A stretch of DNA of 64,000 nucleotides from Trypethelium eluteriae (lineage: Eukaryota): contig JAVECL010000061.1 of NCBI GenBank assembly GCA_051942245.1, forward strand, positions 1 through 64,000, given 5' to 3'. The translations under genes were made by a program, and so were the position numbers. The notes beneath the pieces are model-generated. The model was not told the DNA's origin. It searched no databases and worked only from the letters and a program-made list of their open reading frames with translations. Numbering within the stretch: the stretch's first letter is position 1; each line of letters starts with the position of its first letter. Positions 12,913 through 26,481 of this stretch are shown here, piece by piece.

Positions 12913-14983
12913 TTACTCTCTCGAGACATCACGTCCGAACATGGAACTCTTGATCCAGTCCAACAGGACGAGAATACGGTTTCGGGTGCTAAAGCACATG
13001 CTTAGATATGCGCTCCGCCAGAAGAGGTAGGTCTATTGAGTGATCGCGTCAGCAAGCGGCGATAGACCTAGATTAACATCCTCGGAGATGCAGTTAAATT
13101 AACCGCAGGAGACAGGAAAGACTTACCAAGGTACCACCAGATGCTAAATTCCCCGTCCAAACACTGATATCAGCCACCGCCTTCTCACTGCCAATGTACG
13201 CCAGCGAGCCCTGATGCGAATACTCGAATGGCCCCATCTGCTTCACTCGCCTCAACCTCTTTTGCACGTCCTTGATCTCCGCAAATACGCTATTTCGCTC
13301 CTCTCCAGTCTTCTTGCTCTGCTCTTCACTCAGCTGAACCAGTTCCTGCTCCAGTACCTCCGTCTTCGCCATCTGATTGAAAAGCCGCGCGAGGAATGCG
13401 CCTTCCTGCGAAGCTACCTGGGCCGTTGGCGCGTAGTTTGCTACCGCACAGTCGCCGACTGCCCAGATGTTCTCGGTGCCCTTGACCACCATGTACTCGT
13501 TCACAGCTAGACCACGGCGGGAATCCTTTTGTGCGGGAATTTGGGCCATGAGGTCGCGGACGACGGGGCGGAGGGCGTTACCGGTGGCCCAGACGAGGAG
13601 GCCGTAGGGGATCTGTTCGAGGACTTTCTTGCCCGAGGCGTCGGCGTGCTCAGCCTCGATGTATTTGTCTGTGACATTTTTGACCATAGTCTTGGTGCGA
13701 ATTTCGATCTTTTCTTCGTCGAAAGTCTTTTCGGTGTAGTCGATGAGCTGTTTGGAGAACATGGGGAGGACCTGAACGCAAAGAAAAATTAGCAAGGGTC
13801 TGATGTAGGATGAGACTAAGCTTAAAAGCTTAGGTACTGGGCTGCGAGAACATACAGTGGGTAGCGCCTCAACAAGAGTGACCTTGAAATTATCTGCAAT
13901 GTCCGGAATCCATTTCCTCAGGTCGCTCTCAAAGAAATCTTGTAGCTCTCCGGCAAATTCAACGCCAGTTGGGCCACCTCCAACAACGACCATATGTAAG
14001 AGACGCTTGATTTCCTCCGGCGGCTGGTCCTTGAAGGTCGCAGTTTCACAGCAATCCATGATGCGCTTACGGATCCTTTGCGCGTCATTGACTTCCTTTA
14101 AGAAGCAAGAATGCTCTGTGACGCCCTTGATGCCTACAGACAAGGTCAGCTAGATACTCAAATTGCCATGTTTCTGGGACCAGCAACGTTTTGCGATTCA
14201 AAGGTGTACCGACCGAAAGTAGCATTTTCCGCGCCTACACCAACGACAAGCATGTCGAAAGGCACCTCCGTAGCACTACTGTCACCCTTGACCTCGCTCT
14301 CGTCGTTTATGTAAACAACCTTCTTAGCCGCATCGATTTTCGTTGCTTCGGCTTCGTAAAACTTGACGCTCGCCTTTTTGTGCCTTAAGAAGTTGCGTAC
14401 TGGCTCCATTATGCTGCGGTGTTCAATTGTGCCAGTCGTACACGATGGGAGGAGAGGAGTGAATAGGAAGTAATTGCGCGGCGATATAACAACGACATTG
14501 TAGTTCTCGGTATCTAGCTTCTTGAGGAGGGAGACGGAACCCCATCCAGTTCCTGCATTCGTGAGTGAGATTCTGTTGCGAGATACCTGAACAGCCCACG
14601 AGGACGGAGAAAGTCATACCTAGGACAACAAGAGTCTTCTTATTGGGATCCGGCTCCGCTTGATCCTCTGGATTCCTTGAGATGTAGATTCCATACCCAA
14701 CGTATCCTAGTCCAGCGAAGGTTCCGAGACATGTTAACCTCCAAAGCCACTTCAAAACCCCAAATGTACTCTTCTTGACCTTTTGCTCGGTTTGGTGGTC
14801 AGCATATCCTCGTCGGAAAGCTTGGCGCAGAACAGGACGGCTAAGAGTATTTCTTGTAAGAGCGATAGCCGTAGCTGGTCTACTGCGAGCTATTAGGGGA
14901 GAATATGCGCGACGACCAATTGGCTTGAGGATTGCGGCGGATGCGGAGGTAAGGGGCCTAGTTGTTTTCACTGCGCCGACCAT
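12913..14983 (-). CDS. NDE1: Mitochondrial alternative (type II) NADH:ubiquinone oxidoreductase, external NDE-like
   Basis: Arg-rich presequence; motifs [53 protein letters not shown]-term FGRDVSRE. Several GT-AG introns, including a stop-free one at 13772-13855. Confidence 0.93.
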
Positions 14984-15329
14984 CTTGCAACGATTGAAAG
15001 GAGAAACGAAGGAAAGGAGGAAACGCAGCGTGAACAGAGGCGAAAAAAGTGTTGATGAGCTTCGGAAAAGTAAAATGTCTAGATAAGGGACCGGGTCCAG
15101 CTCCAAGCCACCCCTGTACCCGAACCGATCACCCCTGTCCGTTGTACGCTCATCTTTTTTCTCTTCGTCCCAACCACCATGAGTCAACAGGTTTTGAAGT
15201 AAAATTTACCAAGACAGAAATGGGGGACGTGAGTCTTGCAGCACTCTCTACTGACACTGTACAACACAGTCAGGTCGTCAACTGTAGCCAAATTATGTAC
15301 AGCGGTCTCAACACACAAGGGCACCTTGG

Positions 15330-16471
15330 CTACAGCCGGCTTGTCTTCCCTTCGACCTTCCGATACTCTTCTCCTTTGCCGAACCTCACTAAACCCTCCT
15401 GCCAAGTCGTTGCCACCAAATTGCCCTCTGGACTCCATATTCGACTCTGGTGGATCCCTCGCCCCCCACCGATCCAACTGACCTCTGCTTCCTGACAGAA
15501 CCATCTATCTCGGCCCAGCGCATTTCTGCCTACATCTGTATCCTTCATTACTCCATTGAATACCACATTAATGCTCAGACTCGCCATCAGTGTATAATCA
15601 TTTCCCTTCTCCAAGATGTTCGGAATCAGATACAGGGAATTCCTATCGCTAGCATAGAGATGTGCGATAGCATGGAAGTTTGGAGACTCCGACACCGGAG
15701 GCACATCGCCAAGGGGCGTATAGAAATACAGCTGTCTCTTCTCTAATGGCGGCTTTCCCTGGTTCCAGGCCCGCATATCGACTTCTCTGCAACTCAGTCC
15801 CGGAAATTGATCCACCCTGTGCTCTTTCTTGAGAACCTCTCGATACCAGGGCGTGTCCATCCCAGGAGTCTCCGGGAAGTCCTCAGGACGTCGTCCTCGA
15901 AGAGCAGTAGCATAGTGCCCATAGAGGTCACGTCCGTTCCAGACTTCGACTAGAGTGGACTCTGCCCGCTTGAAGCTGACGGTTGCCGTGAAGGCAATGC
16001 CTTTGCCCTCAGCCTGGACGACCGAAACGCTGCGCGTACAGTAGCTGCCACCATCGCGGACAGTCTTCACATGATACACGAAGGGTATGTCAGTGATTCC
16101 GGGGAGGATGAAGAAACCTGAGACATTCTGTAGCGTAGCAATGGATTAGTGTAAGCGTTTAGAGACGCAGTCTAAAACATTGCCCCAAGAAAACGAAGAT
16201 ACGGGGTGTCTCGCCCAACGTAGGATTTACGTGTGATGAGGGTAAAGGCACGTTTTCAATGTACTGAACAACATACATGTATTACAAATCCAGACTTTAC
16301 CGTCTGCGCGGCGGCCCATGCTGCTTGTGCATAAACATGGCCGCCATACGCTCTGCCTGTGGGAATTGGAGTAAAGGGAAATGCTCTGGAGCGGAATGTC
16401 TGTCCATCGATTCTCTCAAGTTTGAAAAGATCTATAAGTGGCAAGTATACGTTTGATAACGGCTTTGACAT
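15330..16471 (-). CDS. Acyl-CoA thioesterase II (TesB/ACOT8/Tes1 family)
   Basis: YGGHVYAQA, VRDGGSYCTRSV, HLYASDRNSL, QEGLVR; C-terminal SRL is a PTS1-like peroxisomal signal. Intron 16128-16276. Confidence 0.88.
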
Positions 16472-18303
16472 GAGGAAGCTCGATTCGAAACGTAATGAAG
16501 CGTGGCGCGAAAGACTTCCTCTAGGCTTTAACGTGACTACAGGAGTATTTCCTTTGACTTAGCTATTTTGAAGTATTCAAAACAAGAGAAAAAAGAAGAT
16601 ACACAGAGAAAGGTTGTATGTAATGGACACAAATTCCGCTCAACTGTTGAATTGAGTACAGTGGGAATTTGCAACCCGTAACGCGGCACGGGTCTGGACG
16701 CCAGCCTCGGCAAAGAATCAGTCACCTTAAGAGGTAGTTGTATTATTACTTGGGATCTCCTCAGGTGCCCCGCGGCCGTCTCCTTCAAAATGCTTTTTAT
16801 GCCTCTGAATGCAACTTCTCGCTGATCAGAAAACGGGGGGCTTCATGTTCGTATGTTCGGCTCGTACGTTGGCATTCCCGTCTTTTGAGCGCGTTATACG
16901 TGAAGTACGCGTCATCGTCATCTTTTACGGGCCAGGTAATTTCCCAAATTCTGAAAATGGGACGGACGAAAAATTTACTCCTAAAGAATGTCCACAGACG
17001 CCTTATTTGAACATCATGAATCCATGGACTATGTACCACGATGCAGTTTTCTGAGCTCTGTACGTTGCAGAGATTCTCCCAAAACCTCACAATCTGGCTC
17101 CCTTATCTCCTCTTCCCACATGAACATGCTACACAACCCTAGCGACATGTATTTGAGATGGTGCTTAGTCCCCACACTCCTGCATGTTCGTGCACCGGCA
17201 TTACTGCCGTTCCGCCCTTCTAGAAGGACCCATGTTGCTGCTTCGATGCAAGGAAACGACGTCTTAGTGGCTCCAGATGCTGGTATCGCTTATCGCAAGC
17301 CTGATTTCGGAGTCGAAGGAGCTGCTTTGGCTTTGGTGGCGCCGCTTTGACCACTTCAATGCAGGCAGCGGCTCAAAGAACCAGTCCAGTCCACGCTCGC
17401 CATTCGTCTGTTCTCTCATGGCGTCCTCGCAGGCAAGAAGGTTTGTTCAACTTCTCTTCCTTTGTTTTGTCGGGTCTCTGCCAGGTGATCATACGCCACG
17501 TGCGACGCAGGCTTTGGAATGGATGCGGTCGGCGCGACAACGCATTACGAGTATCGTACGTAGAACCCGACTAATGCCACGAGCAATTAGAGATGCGCGC
17601 TCTCTATACCTTATCTCTCAAAACTGCGAAGTTGAGTGTCTGCATCATTATAGAAGCAATTCGGAGAATGGATGCTCTAGTGGCAGTCCCTTCCACAACC
17701 CGGGTGTCATTCCTGCCCTTTACTTTTGAATCACACCTCAATTCTTTGAACAAGCTTCATTGTTGACTCGAGGTGGGGGCTGCCTTTGGCAAGAGGTGCA
17801 GACATGCTTGTACATGCAGCCCCGTTCCAGCCGGCAAAGAGATGGCTTGCAGAAATCACGATTCAGTGGATGGATTCCCGACCAGGTACGGCAAAATACT
17901 CGGAACGAGCCAGATTAATATCGCTCTCGCTAAGGTAGGTCTGCGTGAGGCGTGCTGTCCTGGCAACTTCCTACTAGAGGACTTCATTCCCGCTATGATG
18001 GGACAGTTACCAATCACTCTTGGTCGTTCTCGTGACTCTAAGGTGATCTCTCACAGACCTTTTTGGTCTCCCCTATTCCGATTCCCACCCTCACGGTCTT
18101 ACTCCAGACCATCACCCTTCTTTACTCCAGAATCACTGGGTCCTTCTCTATAAAGTCTGCACCATTCTCGTGCAACTGGGACCCTTTTGCTGTACCACTT
18201 CGCTCCTTCATCCTACTCTACCGTTACTTCATACTACTTCACCAGCAAGTCTTACTCAAGTTGACTTTCTTTATTGAGGAAAGCGGCTTCTGAATATCGA
18301 TCG

Positions 18304-20001
18304 ATGGCGTCCGAAACGATGGCCGTCACTACTAAGGAGGCCCCTATTACAGCAAAGGCGTATCTCATGTGTGCCTTTGCTGCTTTCGGCGGCATACTCT
18401 TTGGCTATGACTCTGGATACATCTCTGGTGTTCTGGCAATGTCATACTTCAAGCGCCAGTTTGGTAGACCCGTGCCCCTGTCCGTGGATCCCAGTGGGTA
18501 TCTCTACTCAACGCCTGACAAGTCTCTGATCGTGTCAATCCTCTCTGCTGGAACCTTCTTCGGCTCCCTCCTTGGCGGAGAAATCTCAGACTACATTGGA
18601 CGCCGCCTTACTGTCATCCTTGGATGTCTCTTCTACATGGTAGGCGTTGTCTTGCAAACTGCCTCAACTAATGTCGGTCTTCTCGTCGCCGGCCGTATCA
18701 TTGCCGGTCTCGGAGTCGGTGTCGTCTCGACCAATATCATCCTGTATATGTCCGAGATCGCTCCCAAGGCTGTTCGAGGAGCCATTGTGTCCGGCTATCA
18801 ATTTTCTGTTACAATTGGTCTGCTTCTTGCATCTTGTGTCACCTACGGCACTCAACACTATACCGACTCAGGCAGCTACCGGATTCCTATTGCAATCCAA
18901 TTCATCTGGGGCTTAATCCTTGGCGGTGGCATTATCTTCCTCCCCGAGTCTCCGCGTTGGTACGTGATGAAGAACCGCCACGACGATGCGGTTAGGTCCC
19001 TCCAGCGTCTACGATCTCAGGCACCCGACTCTGCCTTCGTTCAGGAGGAGCTCACCGAGCTTATTGCCAACCGCGAATATGAACTACGTGTTGTACAACC
19101 AGGCTGGGGACCCTGCTTCAAAGGTGGCTGGAAGGCCTCTGGAAACCTTCGACGATCGCTTCTGGCAATTTTAGTGCAAACGGGACAACAATGGACGGGT
19201 GTGAACTTCATCTTCGTAAGTTAGATTACTCACTTTGATGGTCTTGGCTAATTGTTCTCTCTGCAGTACTATGGCACAACCTTCTTCCAGAATGCGGGTC
19301 TTAGCAACGCGTTCATCATCAGTGTTATTACCAATGTAGTCAACGTCGCTTCAACTCCGCTATCCTTTTGGGCCATCGAAAGATTCGGACGTCGCCCCCT
19401 GCTTATCTACGGTGCGATGGCGATGGTTGTGTGCGAGTTTGTCGTTGCAATCGTGGGCACAGCGGATGCCGGGTCGAAAGCAGCAAACGTCTGCCTCATC
19501 GTCTTTGTCTGTTTCTACATTTTCTTCTTTGCGAGCACATGGGGTCCTGGAGCGTGGGTTTTGATTGGTGAAGTCTTCCCTCTCCCGATCCGTGCCAAGG
19601 GTGTTGCTCTTGGGACCGCTAGCAATTGGTTCTGGAATTGGTGAGTCTCCTCTCCTTCTCTTATTTCGTTGGAGTGTCCGCTGACCATCCGCCATAGTAT
19701 CATCGGTGTCATCACCCCTTACATGGTTGATAAGGATAGTGGCAATCTTGGCAGCAAAGTCTTCTTTGTCTGGGGTTCAACTTGTTGCTTGTGCGCACTC
19801 TTCGCCTTTTTGATGGTTCCCGAAACCAAGGGTCTATCTCTCGAACAGGTTGACAAGATGCTGGAGGAGACGACTCCCGCTACATCGAGCAGATGGCGTC
19901 CACATGATACTTTTGCGCATGAAATGGGTATGGTGAAGGGGCAGACGCAGGTTGAGGGGTTTGAGACTGTTGCAGAGACTGCCAAGAGTGAGGCTGTCTA
20001 A
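18304..20001 (+). CDS. MFS sugar porter, high-affinity glucose/hexose transporter-like
   Basis: FGGILFGYDSG, DYIGRR, PESPRW, QQWTGVNFIFYYG, ERFGRR, PETKGLSLE. Introns 19216-19266 and 19641-19697. Confidence 0.95.
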
Positions 20002-21022
20002 ATGAACGATGCTGGATTTGGGAGATGGCGGAAAGCGTAGTATCGGCTTGCTACTTTATTGTGTGACGCGAGGTTCATTGGTATCGAGAGTTTACTTGAT
20101 TGGACTGATCGTGCGTTCCTGGCGCCTGTGATGGATTGATGATTAAAGTGGATGATGATAAGGTGATGATACCAACCATGTAAATGAATCAATGATATAC
20201 AATGCACAACATCATTCCACTCGTGCTGCTACTGAATTGACTTCTCTCCATTAAAAAAAGGGACAAAAGAGGAAAAAGGAAAAAGGAATAGTGGAGATCA
20301 CACGCGGTCACGGGATTGCGCGCTTCCGGCATGGTCGGGCAAAGTGAATCCCTGCCAGTCCCTGCCTAAGGTGTGCAGTTGCCCAAGGTGCAGCCTCACC
20401 AGGTTCCAACGATGATCGAACCACGGAACTCCTCAGTCGGAGTCCAACTCGCTTATGAAGATGGAAAGAACCCCGCAACTGCATTCATCATCTCTCACCA
20501 ATTTCTCTCAAGCTGCACGAAAGTATCTCCGAACGGCAAATGCACCCAAACATCCATCAAGTTGACGCGTTTGTCTCCCATGTCTCGCACCGGTGCTCTC
20601 TGCCAATCAGCAAAACAAGGCTGGAAAAAGTAAGTTCCCTCACTCTATATCGTTGATTGTGCCTGCCGGATCATACTGCAGTTATGGCAATCATATCGTA
20701 CACCGTGCCTGCAATAAATGGTCATGGTAATCCTCACTGCGCAAATGTCTTCACTGCTGTTACATGTGATATTTTCGTGAAAAGTCTACATGAGCTTGCA
20801 GCTCCATCTCGTTCAGGGCTGACCACGTGGGATGACCACCATCATACGGGGTAGATCAGTCAGCGGGACAATTCAAACCTACGCCTCACCTTTCTATAAT
20901 CCCCGTCTCGTCACGTTATTCTACAGTTTTTCAACGCGTGCTTCAAAGTATGCGACGATTTGCCATCTGATTGTCCATTTTGTAGTCCTGCGAAGCGCTT
21001 TCGAGCATTCTTCAGCAAAAGA

Positions 21023-23122
21023 ATGGCGAAGCGTAAGGAGGTGATCGACCTGACACACGATGGGGATGAGCCAGCTGCGAAGCGATCGAGGCAAATAACT
21101 CCTCAAGAGGAAGGGACCATCACTCAACGAAAACAGAAAGCCGACTCAGCAACCATTTTTGATCTTACGGCCGAGGATGAGCGTTTGGCAAGGGAACTGC
21201 AGGCGCAGTATGACCAAGAAGTACCTAACAACGGTCATGAAAGTATCCCGCCAGGGGCCGAGGACTATGATTCGCAAGATACGTCACCCATTCTCACCTT
21301 GGGACAGAGTATTCGGAACATTACTTGCTCAGCATGCCGGAAGAAGCTCCTGCATGAAGAAAAAGATGTCTGTATTGCCTTCAAGCAGTGGCTCAGTGGA
21401 ACAGAGCAAGCGCAGAATTCTTTTCAGCAATTTATGACGGGTGGGTTCTTGCAGAGTCAGTTTGAAGAAGTGAACTCAGCCATAAGCTGTGCGCGAAAGC
21501 TCTGTTTCGCTGCCACTTGCATGGGATGCGGATCGAGGTGCTTCGCCAAGAAGAATAGAACCGAGGCCGCAGGCGCTCGCGAAATGATATGGTGCTGTGA
21601 TCGTGGCCGTCTCTACCTTATCTGGGCTCTATTGTGTGGTTACGATCGTAGACAAACAATCCTTGATCGCCGTATAGGGGGTGGCTCCTCGAATCTAATA
21701 TCTCTTGGTTTGCCATCGAGCGGCATCGGGTATGGAGGAGGTTGTGTCCCCAGACCATCAAAGAAACATGGTATCAAACCTCCGCCTGATCCTGAGGACG
21801 ACTTAATTGAACGCATCATGTCATGCTTGACAGCTCTGTTGCCCTCTCTAACATGTGAAACCCCCACAACATTCGACCTGGACCCTCCGACTGCTCTGAG
21901 ATCGATATTGATCCACAGTAAGCTTCTGAACAAGGCTGCAGAGTTATTGCGAAATGATTCGTTAGAAGATGCAACGCAACGACTTTCTCTGTATCAAAGT
22001 ACCCTGAAATTCGTGAACCAGCTGGGAAGTCACCCAAGCACTGCCAGGACTACAATACATGAAGAGCGGCCAGAATCACAACATGAGACGGACCTTCTTC
22101 AGATTTCCTTTGCCAAATCTAGCAGTACCAAAGGGAAGAACAAGATCCGGGAGACGAATCAATCGATAGCTACATGTCTAGCCAGCTTCGGTCATCAAAG
22201 CAAACTCATGCTTGAGCGGAATAACGCCAATCCTGATAGTTTCAGAGCCAAAGATTCCCAAGACATGCTAGCCTTATGTCGTTCTGTCTCAGATCTGAAT
22301 GACTTCCTTCTCGCTAATTCAGACCGCTCCTCCTCAACAAACGACGGCCCCAATTCTTCTCCCCTCGCAGCGAAAGACTCCTGGCAGCGAGCCCTCGCAA
22401 TGCTCGAGCTCCCTGATGAAGGCATCCTACCCTTCTTCCACTTCGCCAAAGACGCCGCTAGAATTACCAACCCCCCACTCGGCCGCATGAAAGCTCTCAC
22501 TCTCGAACTCGCCCGCCTCTCCACCAGCCTCCCACCCGGCATCTTCGTCCGCCACGGCAGCGCTCGCCTCGACGTCATGAAAATCCTCATCATCGGTCCG
22601 CGGGGGACACCCTACGAAAACGGCCTCTTCGAATTTGACCTCCTCTGTGGCGCCAACTTCCCCAACGAGCCGCCTCTGATGCAGTTTAGGACGACAGCCG
22701 GCGGCAAAGTCCGCTTCAACCCGAATCTCTACGAGAGCGGGAAGGTGTGTCTGAGCCTGCTGGGAACATGGTCCGGGGAGCCGTGGCAGCCGGGGAGCAG
22801 CACGATTCTGCAGGTGTTGCTGTCAATCCAGGCGATGATCTTCTGTGAGGAGCCGTGGTGCAATGAGCCGGGACGGGAAGGGAGCACGGGAACTAAAAAG
22901 TCCAAAGAATATAATAAGAGTGTCCAAGGATGGACCACCCAGCATGCGATGGGAGGGTGGTTGAAGGGGATTGGAGAGGAGAGCGTGTGGAGTGACGTGG
23001 TGATGCAACATTTTCAGATCAGTGGGACTGAGATTTGGGCAAAGGTTCAAGAGTGGGGGGTCGATGATAATGAGAAAGAACCTTTGAAAGAAGGTCTCGG
23101 CGTACTAGGAGTTGTGTGCTGA
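21023..23122 (+). CDS. Large ubiquitin-conjugating enzyme (BIRC6/UBE2Z-type E2 domain at C-terminus)
   Basis: IIGPRGTPYENGLFEFD and RFNPNLYESGKVCLSLLGTW (catalytic Cys), LQVLLSIQAMIFCEEPWCNEPG. Confidence 0.9.
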   Translation: MAKRKEVIDLTHDGDEPAAKRSRQITPQEEGTITQRKQKADSATIFDLTAEDERLARELQAQYDQEVPNNGHESIPPGAEDYDSQDTSPILTLGQSIRNITCSACRKKLLHEEKDVCIAFKQWLSGTEQAQNSFQQFMTGGFLQSQFEEVNSAISCARKLCFAATCMGCGSRCFAKKNRTEAAGAREMIWCCDRGRLYLIWALLCGYDRRQTILDRRIGGGSSNLISLGLPSSGIGYGGGCVPRPSKKHGIKPPPDPEDDLIERIMSCLTALLPSLTCETPTTFDLDPPTALRSILIHSKLLNKAAELLRNDSLEDATQRLSLYQSTLKFVNQLGSHPSTARTTIHEERPESQHETDLLQISFAKSSSTKGKNKIRETNQSIATCLASFGHQSKLMLERNNANPDSFRAKDSQDMLALCRSVSDLNDFLLANSDRSSSTNDGPNSSPLAAKDSWQRALAMLELPDEGILPFFHFAKDAARITNPPLGRMKALTLELARLSTSLPPGIFVRHGSARLDVMKILIIGPRGTPYENGLFEFDLLCGANFPNEPPLMQFRTTAGGKVRFNPNLYESGKVCLSLLGTWSGEPWQPGSSTILQVLLSIQAMIFCEEPWCNEPGREGSTGTKKSKEYNKSVQGWTTQHAMGGWLKGIGEESVWSDVVMQHFQISGTEIWAKVQEWGVDDNEKEPLKEGLGVLGVVC

Positions 23123-25446
23123 AGACAGCCTGCCACTTTATCTCACTACACAGAGGAGCTAGGTGATCTCTTTATAAAGCAATTCGATAGCTTAGATTTA
23201 CTCAATACAAGGATCTAATGAAAACTGGGTTCATTTATTAGCTTCTCAATTGAAGAGCACCTCTTCCTGTCACGACCGGCTGCGGCGTTGACATCTGATT
23301 TCTTGTCATTCTACCAGAAGTTCCAAACTTCGGTTAGATGCCAAGGGTCCCAGAGCCTGCGTGGCTCCTCCATGTCTTGTTTCGATGGTCAAGATAAGAT
23401 GAAGCATTGGCTATGACTATTTTCTGTCATGCCTGAGACATTTCACGTGCAATCAAACCATAAAGCGCTACTCAACTGCAACCAACCCTTCTATTTGGGA
23501 GAGTAGGCACTTTCTCCCGCTTCCCGAGTTGGTGTAGAAGATGTTCATGATCAGCCAGTCCGGCTCAAACTTCCAGCTTATCAATATAGCTCTGTCTTCG
23601 AGCCCACTGACTAGAGAGCTTTTCTTCAACAGGGAGTGCTAGACCTCCACAGATAGCGACATCTTCAGTCAGTTACTGGTGCACGTAATTAAGATTATAG
23701 TGGTGGTTGTCAATGTCGGGATAGGTATAGAGGGAGCTATATCCAGGGAGCTCGGGGCAGACGAGAAGCTGCTTCAGATTATTAGACGGAAGTTGCCTCT
23801 GAGGACTTGGATGGAGCTACGTTCCACGGGTGGTTATTACTTTATGCATACTATTATTGGTGGTCAAATTATCTGCTTTCCGTACTTAGCTATTTACAGT
23901 CCACTTTGCTTCACTTCACCTCACCTCACACACACTGCATCACAGTCCCAACGCATGCTTGTAAAGGTAGCTCATATGGACAGATACTTCGGGGTCTATC
24001 TCTCGCTACCGCTTGCGTGAACACTCTTTTCTTTTCTCTAATTACAGGTAAGATATCGTGGTTCTATGTCATATTGAGTGAGAGCGTCGAGTCGTCACTG
24101 AGTACCTGCAAATGGTATGGTGGTACCTAAGACTTAGGTCCTCCAGGGGATGCTTCGAGTACCCTGGATCCTTTCGAATCTTACCTTCTCCTCGCTCTCC
24201 TTTGGCGTTCTACTTTAGATTCTAGTTATACGTTACCCAGAGGCAATAAGGATTGGCTCAGACATCTATACCTAGCCTATGCGTGTTCGTGGGCCAACTT
24301 TGGGCAAGAAAACGATGGGGAAGAGGGAGGCAGAGAAGAGATAGAAGAGCAAGGCAGGAATGCCATACGATATAGCTGAGGACAGGGGTAAGATCCGTAC
24401 AGATGGCCCAGTGCTATATTTACGTATACCAAGGGTAGGGACTAAAATTTTGAGCCTGCTGTGACCTTGAGGTACCTAGTGAGGCGCATTTGAAATAAGG
24501 ATCTCCGGGACCATTACGGAATGGATGACAACATTGGGGAAGGGGGAATACCGACCATTCTGTACCATCAAGGTCCTCTCAACAGTCCAGCTACGATTCT
24601 AGGCAGGCCCATTGCATTGCCTTTAATCTTATGACTTCGGCTTTTAGCAAGGACATTCGTATAGTTTTCCAATCCGATAGAGTCCTTGAAGAAGGCATGG
24701 CCCAATCGGTGAAGCATGCTTGCGAAATCGTTTTTTTATTTTGTCGGTCGGTAGTATACAGAGAGATTTCCAGATGACTGGAATCGATCGTATCAATACG
24801 TGAGTAGGCTTTCAAAACCTTTCTTTCTTATGCAGTACAGTGACTCTGATTCTACATTCAGCACCAGTCCAGTAGCCACGGTTCAGTTCCCCAGTTTCGC
24901 TGATATAGTTTATTTGCTGTCAGGTCTTGTAGAAAATTCTGCTTAAAAGTCTTCAAGTTATTACCCTACCTCCGAATTATGTCTCGTGGTTGGATCATCC
25001 TGTGAATTCCCATACCGATTTAATACCTAATCCCGCATTTCCGGAACTGTATATACAGGTAGCATTTCAATGTTCCCAAGGATATAGTTGTACCACACAC
25101 CAGTCGTCTAGAATTTTTCTGCACGCTTAATCAACTCAAGCGCCACTAGCAACCGTGCGCAACTGAAGGATAATAGCAGTGTTTGGACACGCATCCGTAT
25201 CTGCCAGAAAACAAATGAAATCCATTGATCCAGGGAGCTCATAGGGTCAGCTTGCAGATGTGGGCTGCAACGGTGAGGACTGGATCCTAGGTAAGCCTTT
25301 TCTTCCTGACTTCTTTCGATTTGAGGACGTTGATCAGCTGAGGTATAAAAGGTGTAGAATCTACCATCCTTGAATATTGTCAGATATACGAATAATTATT
25401 ACCACTTCTTCAGAACTGTCAATCACCCCAACACGGAGACTCTTCA

Positions 25447-26481
25447 ATGTATCCAGACACCAAAATGGCTTCGCGCAAGCCAAAAATCTTCGATGAGTAC
25501 AGTCCACTCTGGAAAACTGTACAACACGAAGAATACGTGACTGAAGATACTGCAATCGAAGGAGGAACTACGGGAGAAATCAACGAGGAGAAATTTTGCA
25601 TTGATTTTGAAAGCATTCAAAGCGAGGATTCGGGCCTGGGAGATGTATCAGGAGGAGCCAGCCTAGACGTCTCCCTCTACCGCTCCCAAGATCAGCACGT
25701 CTTGGAAATACCTGAGTTGTTGGAGCATATCTTGAGTTTCCTTTCTATTCCTGAGCTTTTGCGTGTACAGACTGTGTGTAGTCTCTGGAAGGCGATCATC
25801 GAAGAGTCTCCCGGACTTCAGCATCTTTTGTGGATGAAAGAAGGTTCTCGCTACGAGAAGACCGTGAATATACGACCGACTCCCGTACCAGGGGCTACTT
25901 ATCGTCGTCAGGAAGATTATCGCGAGCTGAACCAAACAGTCCAAGTCAACCCTTTGGTTGTAAAGGTGTTCGAAATTGGATGCTTTGCCTTGAGGTGCCT
26001 CCTTTGTGGACAGCTCGCGCATAACATACCGCACGGCTGTCTATCAAGACTGCTTGATTGTAGGCGACATGTAGTCAATGTTGCCAATGAGAATTTTCTT
26101 TCGCGTGCCTTCAGGAGGGCTTTGCCTAGTAAGGTACCGATATATCTGAGACGAGGCAAAAATTATTCGTGGCGTAAAATGCTGCTGACGCGCCCAGCAT
26201 GCTATCGCCTTGGCCCCCTTGCAGTAGTGTCTTCCCACCAAAGTGTGGAACTGAGAGACTGTGAGATTGGTCTAAGCGACGCAGCCACGGGGGTGACCTT
26301 GGGCGATCTCGCCGACGCACTGGAAATGGTATCGCAGAACAAAGAGAAGCTATTCCATTTTGGAGATTCGGAGATTTCATGGTCCTGGGCACGAGATCGC
26401 CATCTCGGGTGGGCAATCATGGGCTGGAACTATTGGAATGGATGGGAGATGCCGAGTGAAAATATAAGGGGACTCATTTGA
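25447..26481 (+). CDS. F-box domain protein
   Basis: VLEIPELLEHILSFLSIPELLRVQTVCSLWKAII F-box; SWRKMLLTRP and GVTLGDL motifs typical of expanded fungal F-box families. Confidence 0.85.
   Translation: MYPDTKMASRKPKIFDEYSPLWKTVQHEEYVTEDTAIEGGTTGEINEEKFCIDFESIQSEDSGLGDVSGGASLDVSLYRSQDQHVLEIPELLEHILSFLSIPELLRVQTVCSLWKAIIEESPGLQHLLWMKEGSRYEKTVNIRPTPVPGATYRRQEDYRELNQTVQVNPLVVKVFEIGCFALRCLLCGQLAHNIPHGCLSRLLDCRRHVVNVANENFLSRAFRRALPSKVPIYLRRGKNYSWRKMLLTRPACYRLGPLAVVSSHQSVELRDCEIGLSDAATGVTLGDLADALEMVSQNKEKLFHFGDSEISWSWARDRHLGWAIMGWNYWNGWEMPSENIRGLI

Noticed and set aside
13772..13855. Apparent peptide insertions in NDE1 (also in the NLR, DUF6594 and caspase-like ORFs)
   Set aside because: They are stop-free introns of 3n length with normal GT/branch/AG signals.
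16500..18290. Several 70-150 aa ORFs between the thioesterase and hexose transporter
   Set aside because: Overlapping ORFs with no family motifs; most likely a divergent promoter region.
23500..24130. ORFs 23679-24020 and 23807-24130, possible degenerate gene
   Set aside because: No recognisable motifs, non-ATG starts and stops in the extended frames.
24067..24530. Possible solo LTR bounded by TGTCAT...ATGACA
   Set aside because: Flanks (TTCTA vs ACATT) give no target-site duplication, and a 6-bp inverted repeat alone can arise by chance.
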